Source: Paraspadella gotoi (Eukaryota > Animalia > Chaetognatha). From it: a DNA stretch of 64,000 nucleotides. Below the pieces are notes generated by a model. It did no database searches. It saw only the letters and a list, made by a program, of their open reading frames with translations, and was not told where the DNA came from. Position numbers and translations under genes: made by a program. Every line of letters begins with the position of its first letter. Position 1 is the stretch's first letter. Positions 1 through 14,211 of this stretch are shown here, in pieces. Location of the stretch: NCBI GenBank assembly GCA_051294375.1, contig CM119266.1:4883773-4947772 (forward strand), in the 5' to 3' direction.

Positions 1-283
1 GGGGGGGGGATGAAAGGGAGGGCACTTGAACCTTTAAATCCAATTTTAAAATAAATCCCCTTTTTAAAAAATCTGATCCAGAAAATCCCCTTCAGTTAAT
101 TCGCTACCAAAAAATAATTAGCTTTCGGACTAATTTCATTCTTTCTCTATCATATTTCCAGAAGACAACAAGGACCTCCCCCTCCCAAAATAAATTATTA
201 GTTATAATGATGAGTAAATAAATTTTTAAAAAAGCAATAAATATATAAATATAGATTAAATGGTAACTGTAAATAGTAAACTG

Positions 284-362
284 CCAAGGGTGATCCGCTA
301 TGCCGAGCGCAATCTACTGTTCCAAGGGTGATCCGCTATGCCGAGCATAATCTACTGTGCCA
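284..362. repeat. ~38-bp tandem duplication
   Basis: ccaagggtgatccgctatgccgagc..aatctactgt x2. Confidence 0.8.
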
Positions 363-1134
363 TGGGCAATCCACTTTGCTCAGAGCGCGTCGGCATTTTT
401 CTGGAACAAGGAATTATTGCGCTGACGTAAAGAGAAATTTTCCTTGATGCCATCAATGCCACCAATGCCATAAATGCCATCAAGGATGGGCGAATAAATA
501 CTTCAAAAATCAGGACGGAAAAGCGTCTTGACGATTGAATAATAATTATAATAATAATAATAATTGTAAAATGTGTTGAGTTATTGTCTTGTAAGAGGAA
601 AAGAGACCATAACTCGATATATTTAACTAGGAGACTTTTTAGTATGAAATTGGTACAACCAATATAAAAATTATCCATTCATTTAATAAATAAGCTATCT
701 TGACCCTGACTTTGGACACTCTTACAAGATAATAACAATGCAAGCTTTCAATCAAGACTCTCAAATATTTAATAAAGAATTTTTATAATGGCTTTATCAA
801 TTTAATTTAATATAATTCTGTTTGCTTTCGCCGTGAAAATTACGACCTTCTTGCCTATCGCAGTCCAGTGCTTGAATGGTCACTTCCGTTTGGATGGAAC
901 TTGCTGATTTTTTCCATTAATTAAATTGGTTATGACTTAAATATGACTTAAATATGAATCTTTCCAATCTTTATTCATTATCTTGTTTTCACTACATGAA
1001 AAATAAATAAAAAATAAATGCCTGTTTAAAATTTAAATTAAATGTAGTGAAAAATTTCGGACTCCCAAAAGTGAAGGGGCGTGTTTGGTGAAAGAGAAAC
1101 AAGATCGGTTCATCCAATGTGTTGCGCCGCAGTG

Positions 1135-2108
1135 NNNNNNNNNNNNNNNNNNNNNNNNNNNNNNNNNNNNNNNNNNNNNNNNNNNNNNNNNNNNNNNNNN
1201 NNNNNNNNNNNNNNNNNNNNNNNNNNNNNNNNNNNNNNNNNNNNNNNNNNNNNNNNNNNNNNNNNNNNNNNNNNNNNNNNNNNNNNNNNNNNNNNNNNNN
1301 NNNNNNNNNNNNNNNNNNNNNNNNNNNNNNNNNNNNNNNNNNNNNNNNNNNNNNNNNNNNNNNNNNNNNNNNNNNNNNNNNNNNNNNNNNNNNNNNNNNN
1401 NNNNNNNNNNNNNNNNNNNNNNNNNNNNNNNNNNNNNNNNNNNNNNNNNNNNNNNNNNNNNNNNNNNNNNNNNNNNNNNNNNNNNNNNNNNNNNNNNNNN
1501 NNNNNNNNNNNNNNNNNNNNNNNNNNNNNNNNNNNNNNNNNNNNNNNNNNNNNNNNNNNNNNNNNNNNNNNNNNNNNNNNNNNNNNNNNNNNNNNNNNNN
1601 NNNNNNNNNNNNNNNNNNNNNNNNNNNNNNNNNNNNNNNNNNNNNNNNNNNNNNNNNNNNNNNNNNNNNNNNNNNNNNNNNNNNNNNNNNNNNNNNNNNN
1701 NNNNNNNNNNNNNNNNNNNNNNNNNNNNNNNNNNNNNNNNNNNNNNNNNNNNNNNNNNNNNNNNNNNNNNNNNNNNNNNNNNNNNNNNNNNNNNNNNNNN
1801 NNNNNNNNNNNNNNNNNNNNNNNNNNNNNNNNNNNNNNNNNNNNNNNNNNNNNNNNNNNNNNNNNNNNNNNNNNNNNNNNNNNNNNNNNNNNNNNNNNNN
1901 NNNNNNNNNNNNNNNNNNNNNNNNNNNNNNNNNNNNNNNNNNNNNNNNNNNNNNNNNNNNNNNNNNNNNNNNNNNNNNNNNNNNNNNNNNNNNNNNNNNN
2001 NNNNNNNNNNNNNNNNNNNNNNNNNNNNNNNNNNNNNNNNNNNNNNNNNNNNNNNNNNNNNNNNNNNNNNNNNNNNNNNNNNNNNNNNNNNNNNNNNNNN
2101 NNNNNNNN
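1135..2108. other. Assembly gap (N run); other gaps at ~56447-56607, ~56717-56960, ~57575-57862 and several 10- or 25-N gaps
   Basis: Directly visible N runs. Confidence 1.
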
Positions 2109-4413
2109 AGGGGAGATAAGTGGGGATAGTGAAGGGCAGGAGCGGCCGTGGGGTGAGGGGTTGGACAAAGTAATTCTATTTTTACGCTGAAAGATGAAAA
2201 ACTGTTTTGTGTTTTGTCTTTGAGCGGAAGATTAAAATGGCTTTGTCGCTGAGTACCTTAGTAATACAGAGATTGTCTTTTTTGTGTTACAATCGCTTTT
2301 GTAAATTGGTTTATTGATACTTGTATTTTATTGGTTCCATGTTGATAAAATAAAGAAGACTTAAAAAATATTTAAAAAAAATTAATTTCCGCTTTTAAAT
2401 TAAGACAACAAAAAAAAATTTCGAATAAAAAATATAAACCTTTTGACTTGAAATTGAAATATTTCTCGAGATTAAATTGAAAATTATATCTTATCGAATT
2501 TTAAAAAGATTTTGAAAACGAAGAAACTCAGACCGACCGACCGACCAAACCTATTATAAATAAATAAATAAATATAAATATAAATAAACGATAAACGAAA
2601 TTACAACATTAATTCCTCTCAATTTGTCGGACGATTCTCGAGATTCAGAAGATACGGTTTACGATCGATGGCGTCTCTCTGTGGAGAGAGAGAGAGAGAG
2701 AGGGAGAGAGAGAGAGAGAGAGAAATAGAAACGAAGACAAAGAGAGACTGAGATAGAGGTAGACCGAGCGATAGAGAGAGCAAGAGAGAGAAGCGAGAGA
2801 GCAAGAGAGAGAGCGATAGCCAGCGCCTGGTTTTGTTTCCTCAATGCGATTTCCGGTTTTTAACCGAAGCGACCACGCCGACAACGCCGACCGCGCCGAC
2901 AACGCCGACAACGCCGACCGCTCAGAAGGCAAAGGCTCTTGTAACGAAACGCCTTGACCTTTGGAGTTTTTTTTTTTCTTGGGCTCCGTTTTTTAGGGTT
3001 TTTAAGGGGAGGCAATTCCTTTATCCCTTACCAACTCGATTTTACAACCGTAATAACGAATAAGAGAAGGAGGGTCGGAGCACTATGATCGAANNNNNNN
3101 NNNCTCATCCCCATATAAACGGAACTACGTAGGTGCCTAAATCGTAAACAAAAAAATAGAATTTATGTTTAAAATTATATAATCGGTATTTTCTCAAGCA
3201 CACTTCTCCATTTTAGTTCTCCTTCTCCCCTCTTCCCATCTAGCTCTCTCTCTCTCTCTCTCCCCCTGGGCCCCCCTCTCTCTCTCTCTCTCTCTCTCGT
3301 CATTCTTTATTTCCGGTTTCGCGTCGACCGCGTTTCGTTCTCTTTTTCCGCTCCAGCGAATTTTCGCCCTCAAATTTTTTCCAGCGAGGGCCTCCCCTGC
3401 GTTTTCGAACCCTTTGCGCACGCGCGCGCCGAACGAGGGGCGTTTCCATTTTGGGTTTTTTTATTTTTTATTTTTGCGCAATTTTTTTTTTAAACGATGA
3501 ATGTACGATTGAATGTTGCTATTTTCGGTTCTTCGCTCTCTGCCAATTTAGACTAATTTGCACGAGCCTCACTTTAAACGTTATTTGCATATTATTTTTA
3601 ACCTTCAAACGAATCTTAAAAACAACCATCAATTCATATCCTTTTAATCACATCTTTCCAAATTCTTACAACAAATCTCAATTCTTGATGAATTATCCGA
3701 GAGAAAAACCGATTGGGATCGAATATTCGCTAAAACCAAAAACGTTTATATATTTATATACGAATCTCAACATTGAGATTATGCGGGTTCATGATCCCTC
3801 GCCGAGAATCCGAATCTTCCCATTTATTTTTTGGGGGGGGGAGTGAGAGGGGGAAGTGAGAGGGGGGAGTGAGAGGGGCAGGGGAAGGAAAAAACTTTGG
3901 GTGTGTGGCGCACGGAGTTGGCGAATATCCCCGGCGCGTGACATGAGCGCGTGAGAATCGAGCCTGGACTTGACTCCTTTGGGGAAACTAACCTCCGCGC
4001 AACCTCCCGAACCCTGAGGCATCCCCGTTCTGGTACCCCTGGTACCCCTGGGCAACCTCACCGGCATTCTCCGTTAATCCCGGGCACCCCTCGGCTACAG
4101 TATGTAAAATGGGCTGCAAAGCGGGCTGTCATGAATTTAGTAAAACTAATATTATAATTATATATTCATTTATAAATAGGTAAGCTGTTTTTCCTTTTGT
4201 TATTGAATCAAGGCCACTTACAAAATAATTATATAGCAGGACGCTGCCCTGCAATCAAGACTCACGCACAGCATTTTTATCAACTCCCAGAATACTTGGC
4301 TTCCCTTGTAAAAAAGAATCTTTCACACGTCCGCAAGAGCAAAGGATCACCACTGTACCATCTAGCCTCTCCTTACCCTCCTTCCAAAACCGAACTGAAC
4401 CAACGGCACCATC

Positions 4414-4558
4414 GTTGCACAATGTCGTTGCACAATCTTTGCACAATGTCGTTGCACAATCTTTGCACAATGTCGTTGCAGAATCTTTGCACAATGTCGT
4501 TGCAGAATCGTTTCACAATGTCGTTGCAGAATCGTTGCACAATGTCGTTGCAGAATCG
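4414..4558. repeat. 24-bp minisatellite x6
   Basis: Unit ttgcacaatgtcgttgca(c/g)aatc(t/g). Confidence 0.9.
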
Positions 4559-5770
4559 CGTCGCTCAATTTGGTCTTAAACGTCGGTGAGGGAAGGCCGA
4601 CGGTTGCGGAGGGGCGGGGTGGCGAGGTGCTGGGAGTCAATAGACGATGAGGGAAAGGGTTCCGAGTTCGAGACATGGCTGGGGACATTTTGAAGGTTAG
4701 AGCCAAGGTGTCCACGGATTCCTGAACTTTTAGGAGAAAATGATTTTTAACGGAGGTTCTTTCGTTGGTGACGGGTTATGGAGAGCAACGTTTAATGAAT
4801 GTTCATTTTCATTGAAAACAATTTATCCATCGTTTGAGTTTCACGTTTCTCCCTCCTGATAACAACAACGACAACCACGCGGCTTTTCCCTTCTCGGTCC
4901 ATTTCCCGTCTCCGTTCGATCCATGAAAGATTCCGGCCACGAATTCGATGTCCCGTCGATTTGTACGCAGATTGTCGCCCCTTTGCCCCCCCCCCCTCCA
5001 TCTCCCCCTCCCCCCTTTCGGTTGGCGATATCCATTTCCTCATTTATCCTTTTCTTTCTTTCCTCTTTTTGCTTCATTGAATTCTTTCCTCATTGGTTCC
5101 ATTTCTCAGAAATGTATTTCTTTTCTTATTGTCCCTTTTAAGTTTCTTCTTCCTTCTCATTTTCTTTTACTTCCCCGCTTAACTTAGCCCAATATTTCCC
5201 TCACTCGCCCCCTAACAACATTTCACGCTCCCCCGGAGGCGGCCCGCCATCGCCCAGGGCCCCCGCATACCCTCCGTGCCCTTTGGGCTATGGTCGGGGC
5301 TTAACGGGTAATTTACCCTTGAACGGCGGTGGCCGTCGGCTCTACTAAAAATCGTTGGACAAAAGGGACCCATTTTTTATCCCATTTTTTATCCCATTTT
5401 TTATCCCATTTTTATTCGGGTTTTATTTCTGTTTTTATCAGTTTTCTTCTGGGTTTTATCAGTTTTTTTCAGTTTTTACAATGGTTTTATCAGTTTTATC
5501 CCTTGATTTATTAGCTTTAGCCTATTTTTATCAGTTTTTATTTAGTTTACATCCCATTTCGTACAGTATTATTAAATTTTTTTTTATGTGCTTCATTCGG
5601 GGTTTTTATCATTCTTTACCAGATTTTTATCCCTTTTCATCACATTTTATTCGTTTTAAACCAATTCATTCGGTTCGCATCCCAGCTTAATTCAGTATTT
5701 AAATCCGGTTTTTATTATCCGGTTTTTGTCCCAATTTTATCAGTTGTTATCCGGTTCCCCCGTCCTACAG

Positions 5771-5895
5771 TTATCTCGAGTAATATTGACCATCGACGAG
5801 AGAGAACTCGCCCCAGGGGGGGGGGCGGCGGAGGAGGAGCAGGAGGAGGAGGAAGAGGAGGGATCGAAATTCCATCTCCTCCCTTGTTAAGGATG
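5771..5895 (+). CDS. Candidate upstream Piezo loop exon (Gly-rich: ISSNIDHRRERTRPRGGGGGGGAGGGGRGGIEIPSPPLLRM)
   Basis: Acceptor ttcccccgtcctacag, a 125-nt open frame and donor ATG|gtttag. The phase 0 exit is compatible with the exon at 25829. No homology support and the donor is weak. Confidence 0.3.
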
Positions 5896-6337
5896 GTTTA
5901 GTGTTTCTAGCGTTGCTAAGGGAATTAGCCTTTTGTTCGCGTAATTCTTTCGACGCCAACGGTTTTTCCCAATTTTTTTTTCGCCTTCGGATCGGTTTTG
6001 TTTCGGGGGTGGAAGAGGGAGATGCGTGTGGGGTCTAGAAGGGTCTAAATGGGTTCAATTCAGTTAAGGAAATGAGAAAGTGAGTTTAGCAATACGGGTG
6101 TGTCCATGAGGGGGGCGGGGGCGGGGGGCGTGGTAACACTGGCAACTTTTCCCGCTCGTTCGCCTCCGCATCCAAGATATCAATTTCAGAAAAGTTATTT
6201 TTTTAAATTCAAATTTTCCCGCGCTCAGATTCCTTTCGTCGCTCGAGAATGTTGCTTCTATCGCCGCAACGATATATTTAAATTTTCCCGCCTCCCGAGA
6301 AATTTTTTGCGTGAGAAATTGGGTATTTGTTTTCAAG

Positions 6338-6375
<38 letters not shown>

Positions 6376-6947
6376 GTGAAAGGATAACGAGAATCTAAAA
6401 CGATTCATATTTTTTCCCATATTTTCTTTCATCGTTTCTTTTTATGCCAAATCCGATTTCAATAAATATTTTTTCTTTATTTTTAAAGATATTGTAAAAA
6501 AAAGAAGAAAATATCAAATACTATTATTTCCTTTCTCTCTGTTCTTGACATTCAATTTTTTTTAAATTATCGACTTTTTCTTTTATTTATTTTTTTTTTA
6601 CAGATTTTCGTATCAAATTCTTTTTCTCTTTTAAAAATCGATTTGCCTTTTATAATAATTTAAAAAATATTTTAATATTTATAAAAAAGATATTGCGATA
6701 TCCGTTTCTCTACTGAAATAAAAATCGTTGTTTAAATCAATTTCAAGATTTTCTAAATAAAAAAGATATAAAATTTGTCTCAACCCGACATCTTTCGTCC
6801 TTTTCTGGTTCCAGTTTATTCTCCTTCGTCTTCTGATTAAATTGTGAAATTGCGAAACCAGATCTCGTACGAAGTTACCGTTTTCCCTTCTTGCAATTTT
6901 GATCCGACGTCGTTGAAATTGCATAAGTTTACTTGACAGACTTGGTT

Positions 6948-7007
<60 letters not shown>

Positions 7008-7418
7008 CCCCCCCTCTCTTTTTTGACCCATATAGCTCACGTTATAGTTCTCTCTTTGTTTTCTATGAAATCGGTACAACCAATATAAAATTATTCATTA
7101 ATTTAATAAATAAGCTATCTTGCCCCTGACGTTGGACCGGCTTTGGTAATTTAAAGCCTCCATCCACCTTTCGATAACATAGCAGGACCCCCAATCTCTT
7201 AATCAAGATTAGTTAACTAACTGTGAGAAGATTCTAATTTGAATAAGGTTTTCTACCTTCTCTTTCTTATTTACCCATCGCTCTTCTTTTCTCTCGCTCT
7301 CCCTCTCCCTCTCTTTTTGTCTCTTTTATTTTCTTCTTCACTTCGCTGACTTTTTCATTTTCTTTTAATGTCGTTTTCTTTTTCCTTTAGCCTTCGGTTT
7401 CTGCCTCCAAAAATGAAA

Positions 7419-7455
<37 letters not shown>

Positions 7456-8450
7456 AGAAAACTTTAAAAAGTCAAAAAGAAAATAAAAGTAGGCGTGGCC
7501 AAGGCTGCGCCCACGGAGTCAAAAAGGGCAGCATTTCCCGAAAGTGGCCATTTTCGTTCCTAATTCCTAAAGTTGATTTAAATGCTCATTGGAACCATAT
7601 GCTTTACCACATCCCAAATCCAATTCTTATACCTAGTATATAATCAATCTCCTAACCTAATCATTAAATTTAAAAAATAAAAAAACTTTGAATTTAAGCT
7701 GAAAATGGATGCTTTGGGAAAATATGGCAAAAAAATAGTTATGAGAGGTTAAATATCGAGCTTTTTTGTCTCACTGCGCAGCTGTCGTTGTTGTTGTCGT
7801 TACCATGACGACGACGCCGGGTCGCTTGAATTTTCCAAAAACGATTTCTCAAAGAATTACGTCGTCTCCAGATATTTTTTTTAAAGGCCCAACCACATGA
7901 CTGGACAAGAAGGTTCTTTTTAGCCAATTAAATTAAAGAAAACGAGAATCAAATTATAAATAAAAATAAATTACCTGATTTCGTCTCTTAGACCTTTTTT
8001 CCGAAGCGATGATTGGTTGAAAATGTTTCAATAAATTACTTGTTTCTGTTGGTTTTTTTTTTCCATAATTCGTCACGAAAAACTGACCAGGACACAAAAT
8101 AGTAATAAAAACAATATTTATAGAATTAATTTTTCCCCGATTCGTGCTTTACTTAAAAGGAATTCTTTTTTTTTTCTGTCGTGCCTTTCGTTTTTCGTTT
8201 TCTTCATGAGTCGCGTTTCGCACGCAAACCAGAAAGAATTCCTCGTCTCGCGTCGCGAACGTTTCTCGCTCCTTCGACCAATCAGCGGTCAGGGTTTCAC
8301 GAGTCGCGTCGTTGGCGACGACCAATCAGATTCTCGATTATATTTCTCGCGTACTGAGTGTCGGTCGAGAAGAAGAATAAGATTAAAGGGTAAATATGTA
8401 ATTCGAAGAGTCCTCTGCGATGTGTCATAGAAATATGGTATCATTATTGA

Positions 8451-8650
8451 TATGAAATTGGTACAACCAATATAAAAATTATCCATTCATTTAATAAATA
8501 AGCTATCTTGCCCCTGACTTTGGACTGGCTTTGGTGGTTTAAGGCCTCCATCACTCTTACAAGATAATGTCATAGCAGGTCCCTGCAAGCTTTCAATCAA
8601 GACTCTCTCACAGTCTCGTTTATTCACTCCCAGAGTACCTGGCTTCCCTA
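8451..8650 (+). mobile_element. Unclassified dispersed repeat family (best copy)
   Basis: Core atgaaattggtacaaccaatataaaaattatccattcatttaataaataagctatcttgcccctgactttggac recurs at ~643-770, ~7065-7210, ~22295-22390, inverted at ~11612-11712, with fragments at ~4238-4305 and ~27076-27115. Confidence 0.7.
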
Positions 8651-9360
8651 TCAATGAAGTGGAAAATATTTCAAAGAATGTTTCAATTGTATGAAAAGAC
8701 CACTCCCTTAAGTATTAGATCGGGGAATAATTATTGTACTCCGCACTAGCATCAAAATACAAGTATAACGGAATGTGGTAAGATTATAAACAAGTTTTTT
8801 TTATTTAAAAACAAAGTTTGGTACTTTCTATCTCTCTTTTTTACAGCTGTCATATTTCTTCCGTTTGTCATTTGTTTTCTTGTGTACAACGCCATCTTGT
8901 GCGTGGGCGTTGTTGGACAATGTGGCGTCGGTTGATTAGTGACAGTTCAGACTTGAAAAAAAAAGAATAATTCTGTCGGGATTGAAAGAATGACGAAAGA
9001 GCCTTTGGTTCTACCGACAGAAGTGAAAAGAAAAGCTAATTGCTGAACATTAATTTTGTTTTGTTCTTTTGTTGTTTGCATTGCCTGTTAAATGTCTAAA
9101 AGTTGCGGGGGGGGGGCGTTGGATTGAGAAGAGAAAACATATGTTAGCGCTGTGTTAGATGTCGCTAAAATCTGAACGGTTTCAACAATGATTGACATTC
9201 GTTCTACGTATTGATCGAAAGGTTGCAGGCTTTTGCGATAAAGGTGGTACTGTGGCAGCACGACTTAAAGCTGCCTCACTGCTCTCCGTCCTTAGCTTCG
9301 TCTCAATGGCTGAGCAGTGAGCACCGAGCAGTGAGCAGGCTAAATCATCTCGTTTCAACC

Positions 9361-9437
9361 GGAAATTAGCGCCGCTTCTAGAAATTGGCGCCGCTCCTAG
9401 AAATTGGCGCCGTTCCAGGAAATTGGCGCCACTCTTA
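9361..9437. repeat. ~20-bp tandem repeat x4
   Basis: Unit gaaattggcgccgctcctag, degenerate. Confidence 0.75.
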
Positions 9438-9468
9438 GATCTTGCAGAGAAATATTCGAGTCTCGTTT

Positions 9469-9722
9469 AAGATGGACCCTTTTTAGACCCCACGGGCGTC
9501 AAGATGGACCCTTTTAGACCCCACAGGCGTCAAGCGGGGTCGAATCGTTAAGATGGACCCTTTTTAGACCCCACGGGCGTCAAGATGGACCCTTTTTAGA
9601 CCCCACGGGCGTCAGGATGGACCTTTTTAGACCCCACGGGCGTCAAGATGGACCCTTTTTAGACCCCACGGGCGTCAAGATGGACCCTTTTTAGACCCAC
9701 GGGCTTCAAGTGGGTCGAATCC
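9469..9722. repeat. ~32-bp minisatellite x7
   Basis: Unit aagatggaccctttttagaccccacgggcgtc, punctuated twice by gggtcgaatc. Confidence 0.9.
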
Positions 9723-12700
9723 GTTTTCTTGTTTCGACAAAGATATTGGTTCTGGGTCCGCCGATGGAGGGCGGGGTCAGTCAAAAAAAAAGGGCAACTG
9801 AAGGTCGACGGAAAACCCGCCCATAATTGGAATGAGAGAGAGAGATGGAGAGAGAGAGAAAACGTGGGATGGAAAAGTAAGGGGATGAGAGAGCTGGAGG
9901 GAAAATTCGTCATTTATTACATACTAGGCGGTCATTAGGCGGGTGTATATATTATATAAAAACTTGATTGTAAGGACTATATGCGTTTTTACGTTCAAAC
10001 ATATTCGTAAATTATTTAATGATACTTTTTTATCATTATTTTTTTAAAATTTACTAAAAAAAATTCGCTCTACTCGCAAACAAGATTAAATTCTTGGTCC
10101 TTGAAAAAAAAACAAAGACGAATGACTTTTGAGGGAAATGAAGATTCATTTATCACTCGGTGGAGGAAGAAAAAAACCTGATTTATTTATTTTTGTTTAT
10201 TATTATAATACACGGAAAAACATGATATTCACTTGCGACTCGTTTGCACGCTTGGCTGGAAAAAGAAAATATCGTGAAAACGGGAAATGGATAGCGAAAA
10301 AATATCGTAATAGAGCAATATTTAAAAAGGAATCGCTAGATTTCTTGTTTCATTAATTTAGCGTAAATTTCTTGAACAAATAATCAAAACTTGTGTCTGA
10401 TAATATTTAAACTTTAAGTGTAACGAAAATTTCGTTTGAACAGGAGAATTAAACAACAAAATATATAACTACATATTTTATTTTTAATTAGCCTTATATT
10501 AAAATAAACAATATTATTTAATAAAAAATTTCAAAATGAAAATTTGACATCCCCTTCGTCCCATCACACCTGCAACGTTAAGACCCCCCCCTGCGCCCTC
10601 CCCAACTCATGGTCCGTGTCCCGTTACTTTTTTTTTCACGAGTCACAATTTTCCGGTTTTATGGACAATTTTTTTCGACCTCGATAAAATTCCCTCACAT
10701 CGTAAATATGGCGGCCATTTTTTTATAACCTTAAAAAAAAAACTTTCCACTTTTTCTCGATTGAAAATCCCATGAATTTTGATGGGAGAAAAAAAGTTTA
10801 GGTTTTCTTCGCTTTCTGCTTCGGTATTGGATATGCTTTGCTTTTTTTTGATGCTTTGCTTTTTTTAGATGCTTTGTCTTTTGCTTTTTTAAAATCATTA
10901 GATATTTACTTCTTGGTGTTTTTTTTTGACTTATGATCTGCTTCACTCTTGAATCTGGTTTTCTTCTTTTTCTCTTTTTCTTCTGATTTGCTTTTTCATT
11001 TGATTCGCTCTGAAATCTGCTTTGCTCTTAAATCTGCTTCGCTCTTAAATCTGCTTTGATCTGCTTCGTTATTTATAAACTTTTTGGTTCTTGTCTCTGC
11101 TTTTGTTTTTGATCATTTGGTTTCTGACCTGCTTCACTTATTCATTCGCTTTTTATCCGGCTTTGCTCTTGGTTTCTGATTTATTTTCCTTTAAATCTAC
11201 TTTTACCTTGCTTTTTTTTAATCAGCTTTTGCTCTTTGGATCCGCATGGGCTTTGCTATTTTCCACCCTCCCCCCCGCGAAAAAACGAAGCGAAGCGAAG
11301 CTAAGCGCTTTTTCTCCCGAGGTCGGCCGAGGAGGCAACACAAGTCACGTCGAGGTCAGCCCTATCGTTAGAACCGCAATCGGGTTTTTTTCTCATTACG
11401 CGAAAAATCCTCGAGCGTCTCATTTCTCGAGGTTCGACGAAATTTATTTTTTGAGGAGCGAAAGTTGTAGAGGAACAATTTCGATGGAGAAAATTAGGCT
11501 TTAAAAAGACATTGGCAAAGTTTATTTTTTTGGCGAAATAGACAAGGAATTTAACTAGACTGAGAGAGAGTCGAGATTTATACGTAACAAAAAGGTTCTT
11601 GCAATGTTATTATTATCTTGAAAGAAGCAGGAAAGCCTTGTCCTCCCATAGCTTGTCAAAAGTCAGGGAAAAATAGATTGTATTAAATGGATTGGTTGTA
11701 CCAATTTTATTCAAAAACACGCAGAAATTCACGAATTCAAACCCCGCAGCGTTATTAGACCAAGTGAGACAGTTTTATTTCAACTTACCAAAGACCTCTG
11801 CAGTTCTTTTTATGGATTTACCTTACCAATTCCGTTGCGCCCGATCCACTTCCGGTTTCAAAGCCAAGAGGTTTAGAGGCCACGACGTAATGCCCGTTCA
11901 TAAAAACAAAGCAGCCGAATTATGGCTGCGGCTGCCGGCGGGCTGCGGTGGGCTGCGTCGGCGGTCGATCGGTCGCGCGTACGACCAAACGGAGATTATT
12001 AATACGGCCCGAGAGGAGGCGAGTTATCGGGGTCCGTTTTATCATTTAGTATTGTGAAGAGAAGAAGAGCTTAAGTTAATCGAGATAAATAAGAAAAACA
12101 AAAAAAAACTCATTTTTTTTTGCTTCGGCGTTTGGGGGGAGGGGGAGGGAGTTGAGGGGTTAATGGGTGTTCGGGGGGGAGGAGGGGGCTGAGATGTTGG
12201 GAAGTGTTTGTGAGAGAGAGAGAGAGAAGACTGAGAGAGAGAGGATGGAGTCGAGACAGTCGATTGGAAAATTAAGGAGTTTGGAAAACTTGTAAACGGG
12301 GAGAATGAAGGAAGGAAAGACAGGACTGACGGACAGACGGAAAGAAGGAATAACGAAAAGGAAAGTGCTGTACTCGTCAATAAAAAGTGGAGTAGAATTG
12401 AAACTTGGGGGGGCGTTTGGGCGGGCGGTGGGAGGGGGCGGGCGGGAAGAAGACATGAAATTATTACTGAGGAGAGAAATCTATATAGTAAGTTGGCGTT
12501 GAAAAAATAACGAAATATAGAAACACAAAATCATAGTGAGGTACATAGATATTTTAGTGTAATAAAAGTCCTGTAGAGATTCGATGATCTGACTAAACAT
12601 TTTTTTTTTGTATAAGTCTCATCTTCTTTGTCGGAAATGGCGATTTTTATTTGCAGCATAGTAAGGTGCTATTAAAATGGGAGCAAACATTGTAGAGTAA

Positions 12701-13502
12701 TAAGAACATCAAAATTTATTAAGATTTAATAAAAGCCATATTTAACCTTAACATAATATGAATAATAAGACCGCATATGAAATATTTTGGTAAGCTTTAT
12801 TTATATAATTTTATATTTTATTAATAGTTTGTTAGCTATATTTATTAATAAATAATAATTAAAATAAGCTAAAGTGAAAAAAAATTAAAATTTTAAATTT
12901 TAAAACCAGATTTGAATTCCCATTACAAAAAGTTGATATATAGAAAATATAATCCATTTTAAAAAAAAATTCTTTTTCATTAAAGGTGGTTAAAATACTT
13001 ATAACACTACACTTATTATTTTTATTTATTTACATTGTTTGGGGCTTAAAATTAAAGTTTTTTCTGAATTTTGAGCACCTTAATGACATAATTTTGATAT
13101 ATAAAAAATATTTTTCTTTATATCAACCTTTTGGGCAAAAAGACTGGCACGGGGCCAGAATCCATGAAAAAATTTGAAATTATTATTTTTTTAACTCTAA
13201 TTAGGAGGCCCAGTGTTTTGTTTTGTTACCTTACTACATAATATATGTAATCACATATATCGCTAGATGATCGATAACGTAACTTTTTATTTTATAAACA
13301 AGAATAGTTCTATTTTTTTCTTATTTTTTGAAACAACATAAAATTTAGATATAACTTAACACCCAAAATAATTTTAATTAATCCTTTATATTTTATATTT
13401 CAAAAGGCTCATATAAGTTTTAGTTAAAATTTTTAATCATTTGCATTTGATTCATATGACATACTTAGTAATGGTTTTTATTAAAATTTAGAATTAGATT
13501 AC

Positions 13503-14078
13503 TGTTATATATCATATTATAATTGAAAAGGAGAAGAAACGACTCCGAGTCGTAGCACGCTTGATTGTTTAAATTTTTATGTTGTTCGACAGGCCCTGCG
13601 GCGGTACCGTGAGGTGTATCGGACTGCGACCGATCATCAGACGGGTGAGACTATTTATAATCCAGAAGTACATTGACAATTGACAAGCGTGAGGTGTGGC
13701 TGGTAAAAATAAGTGACAGATAGGAAATTATACCGGTCCGAAAGATAGATCACGCTTAAATGGTACCGTCATCAGATCGAACATGCCCAAAACTGCGCAG
13801 TGCGCGATCGAAGATTGTAATTCTGAAGCTGTCGTCTGATTCCTAACATTACACCAGACTTATTTGGAGAATTAAAGCCAGCATTAGCTGTTTAGAAATG
13901 TATGATAACGAGAAGTTAGCTTACGTCGTTCTACAGTTGCAGTCGTGAGTTATGATCAGATAGGCGCGTGAGCTCGGGGACAGAAGAGGCACAAGGCGAG
14001 ATCGGCCATGCTGTTCGCGGCGAGTGTATATGGCCTAGATGGGAGCGTAGCTGAGGATTAAATAGCTGGGCAGTAACA
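13503..14078 (-). mobile_element. Solo LTR of an LTR retrotransposon (576 bp, Gypsy-like 4-bp TSD)
   Basis: Termini TGTTA...TAACA, flanked on both sides by TTAC (13499-13502 and 14079-14082). GC content is higher than the flanks. TATAAATA on the - strand near 13655 suggests the orientation. Confidence 0.75.
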
Positions 14079-14176
14079 TTACACTAAAATAGGCTACTAA
14101 ATGTAGACGACTCTCACTTGATTTGTGTATTATTTTGTTATTTTTCAACGCTCTACTATATAGGTAATGGGAAGAG

Positions 14177-14211
<35 letters not shown>

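Noticed and set aside
1081-2190. ORFs of 336-369 aa
   Set aside because: They consist almost entirely of N gap.
3951-4100. Pro/Gly-rich ORF ending near a gtatgt donor-like site, as a Piezo exon
   Set aside because: No polypyrimidine acceptor, phase not compatible with the 5771 candidate, and no homology.
9469-9722. CRISPR-like 32-bp repeats
   Set aside because: No spacers; this is a simple minisatellite.
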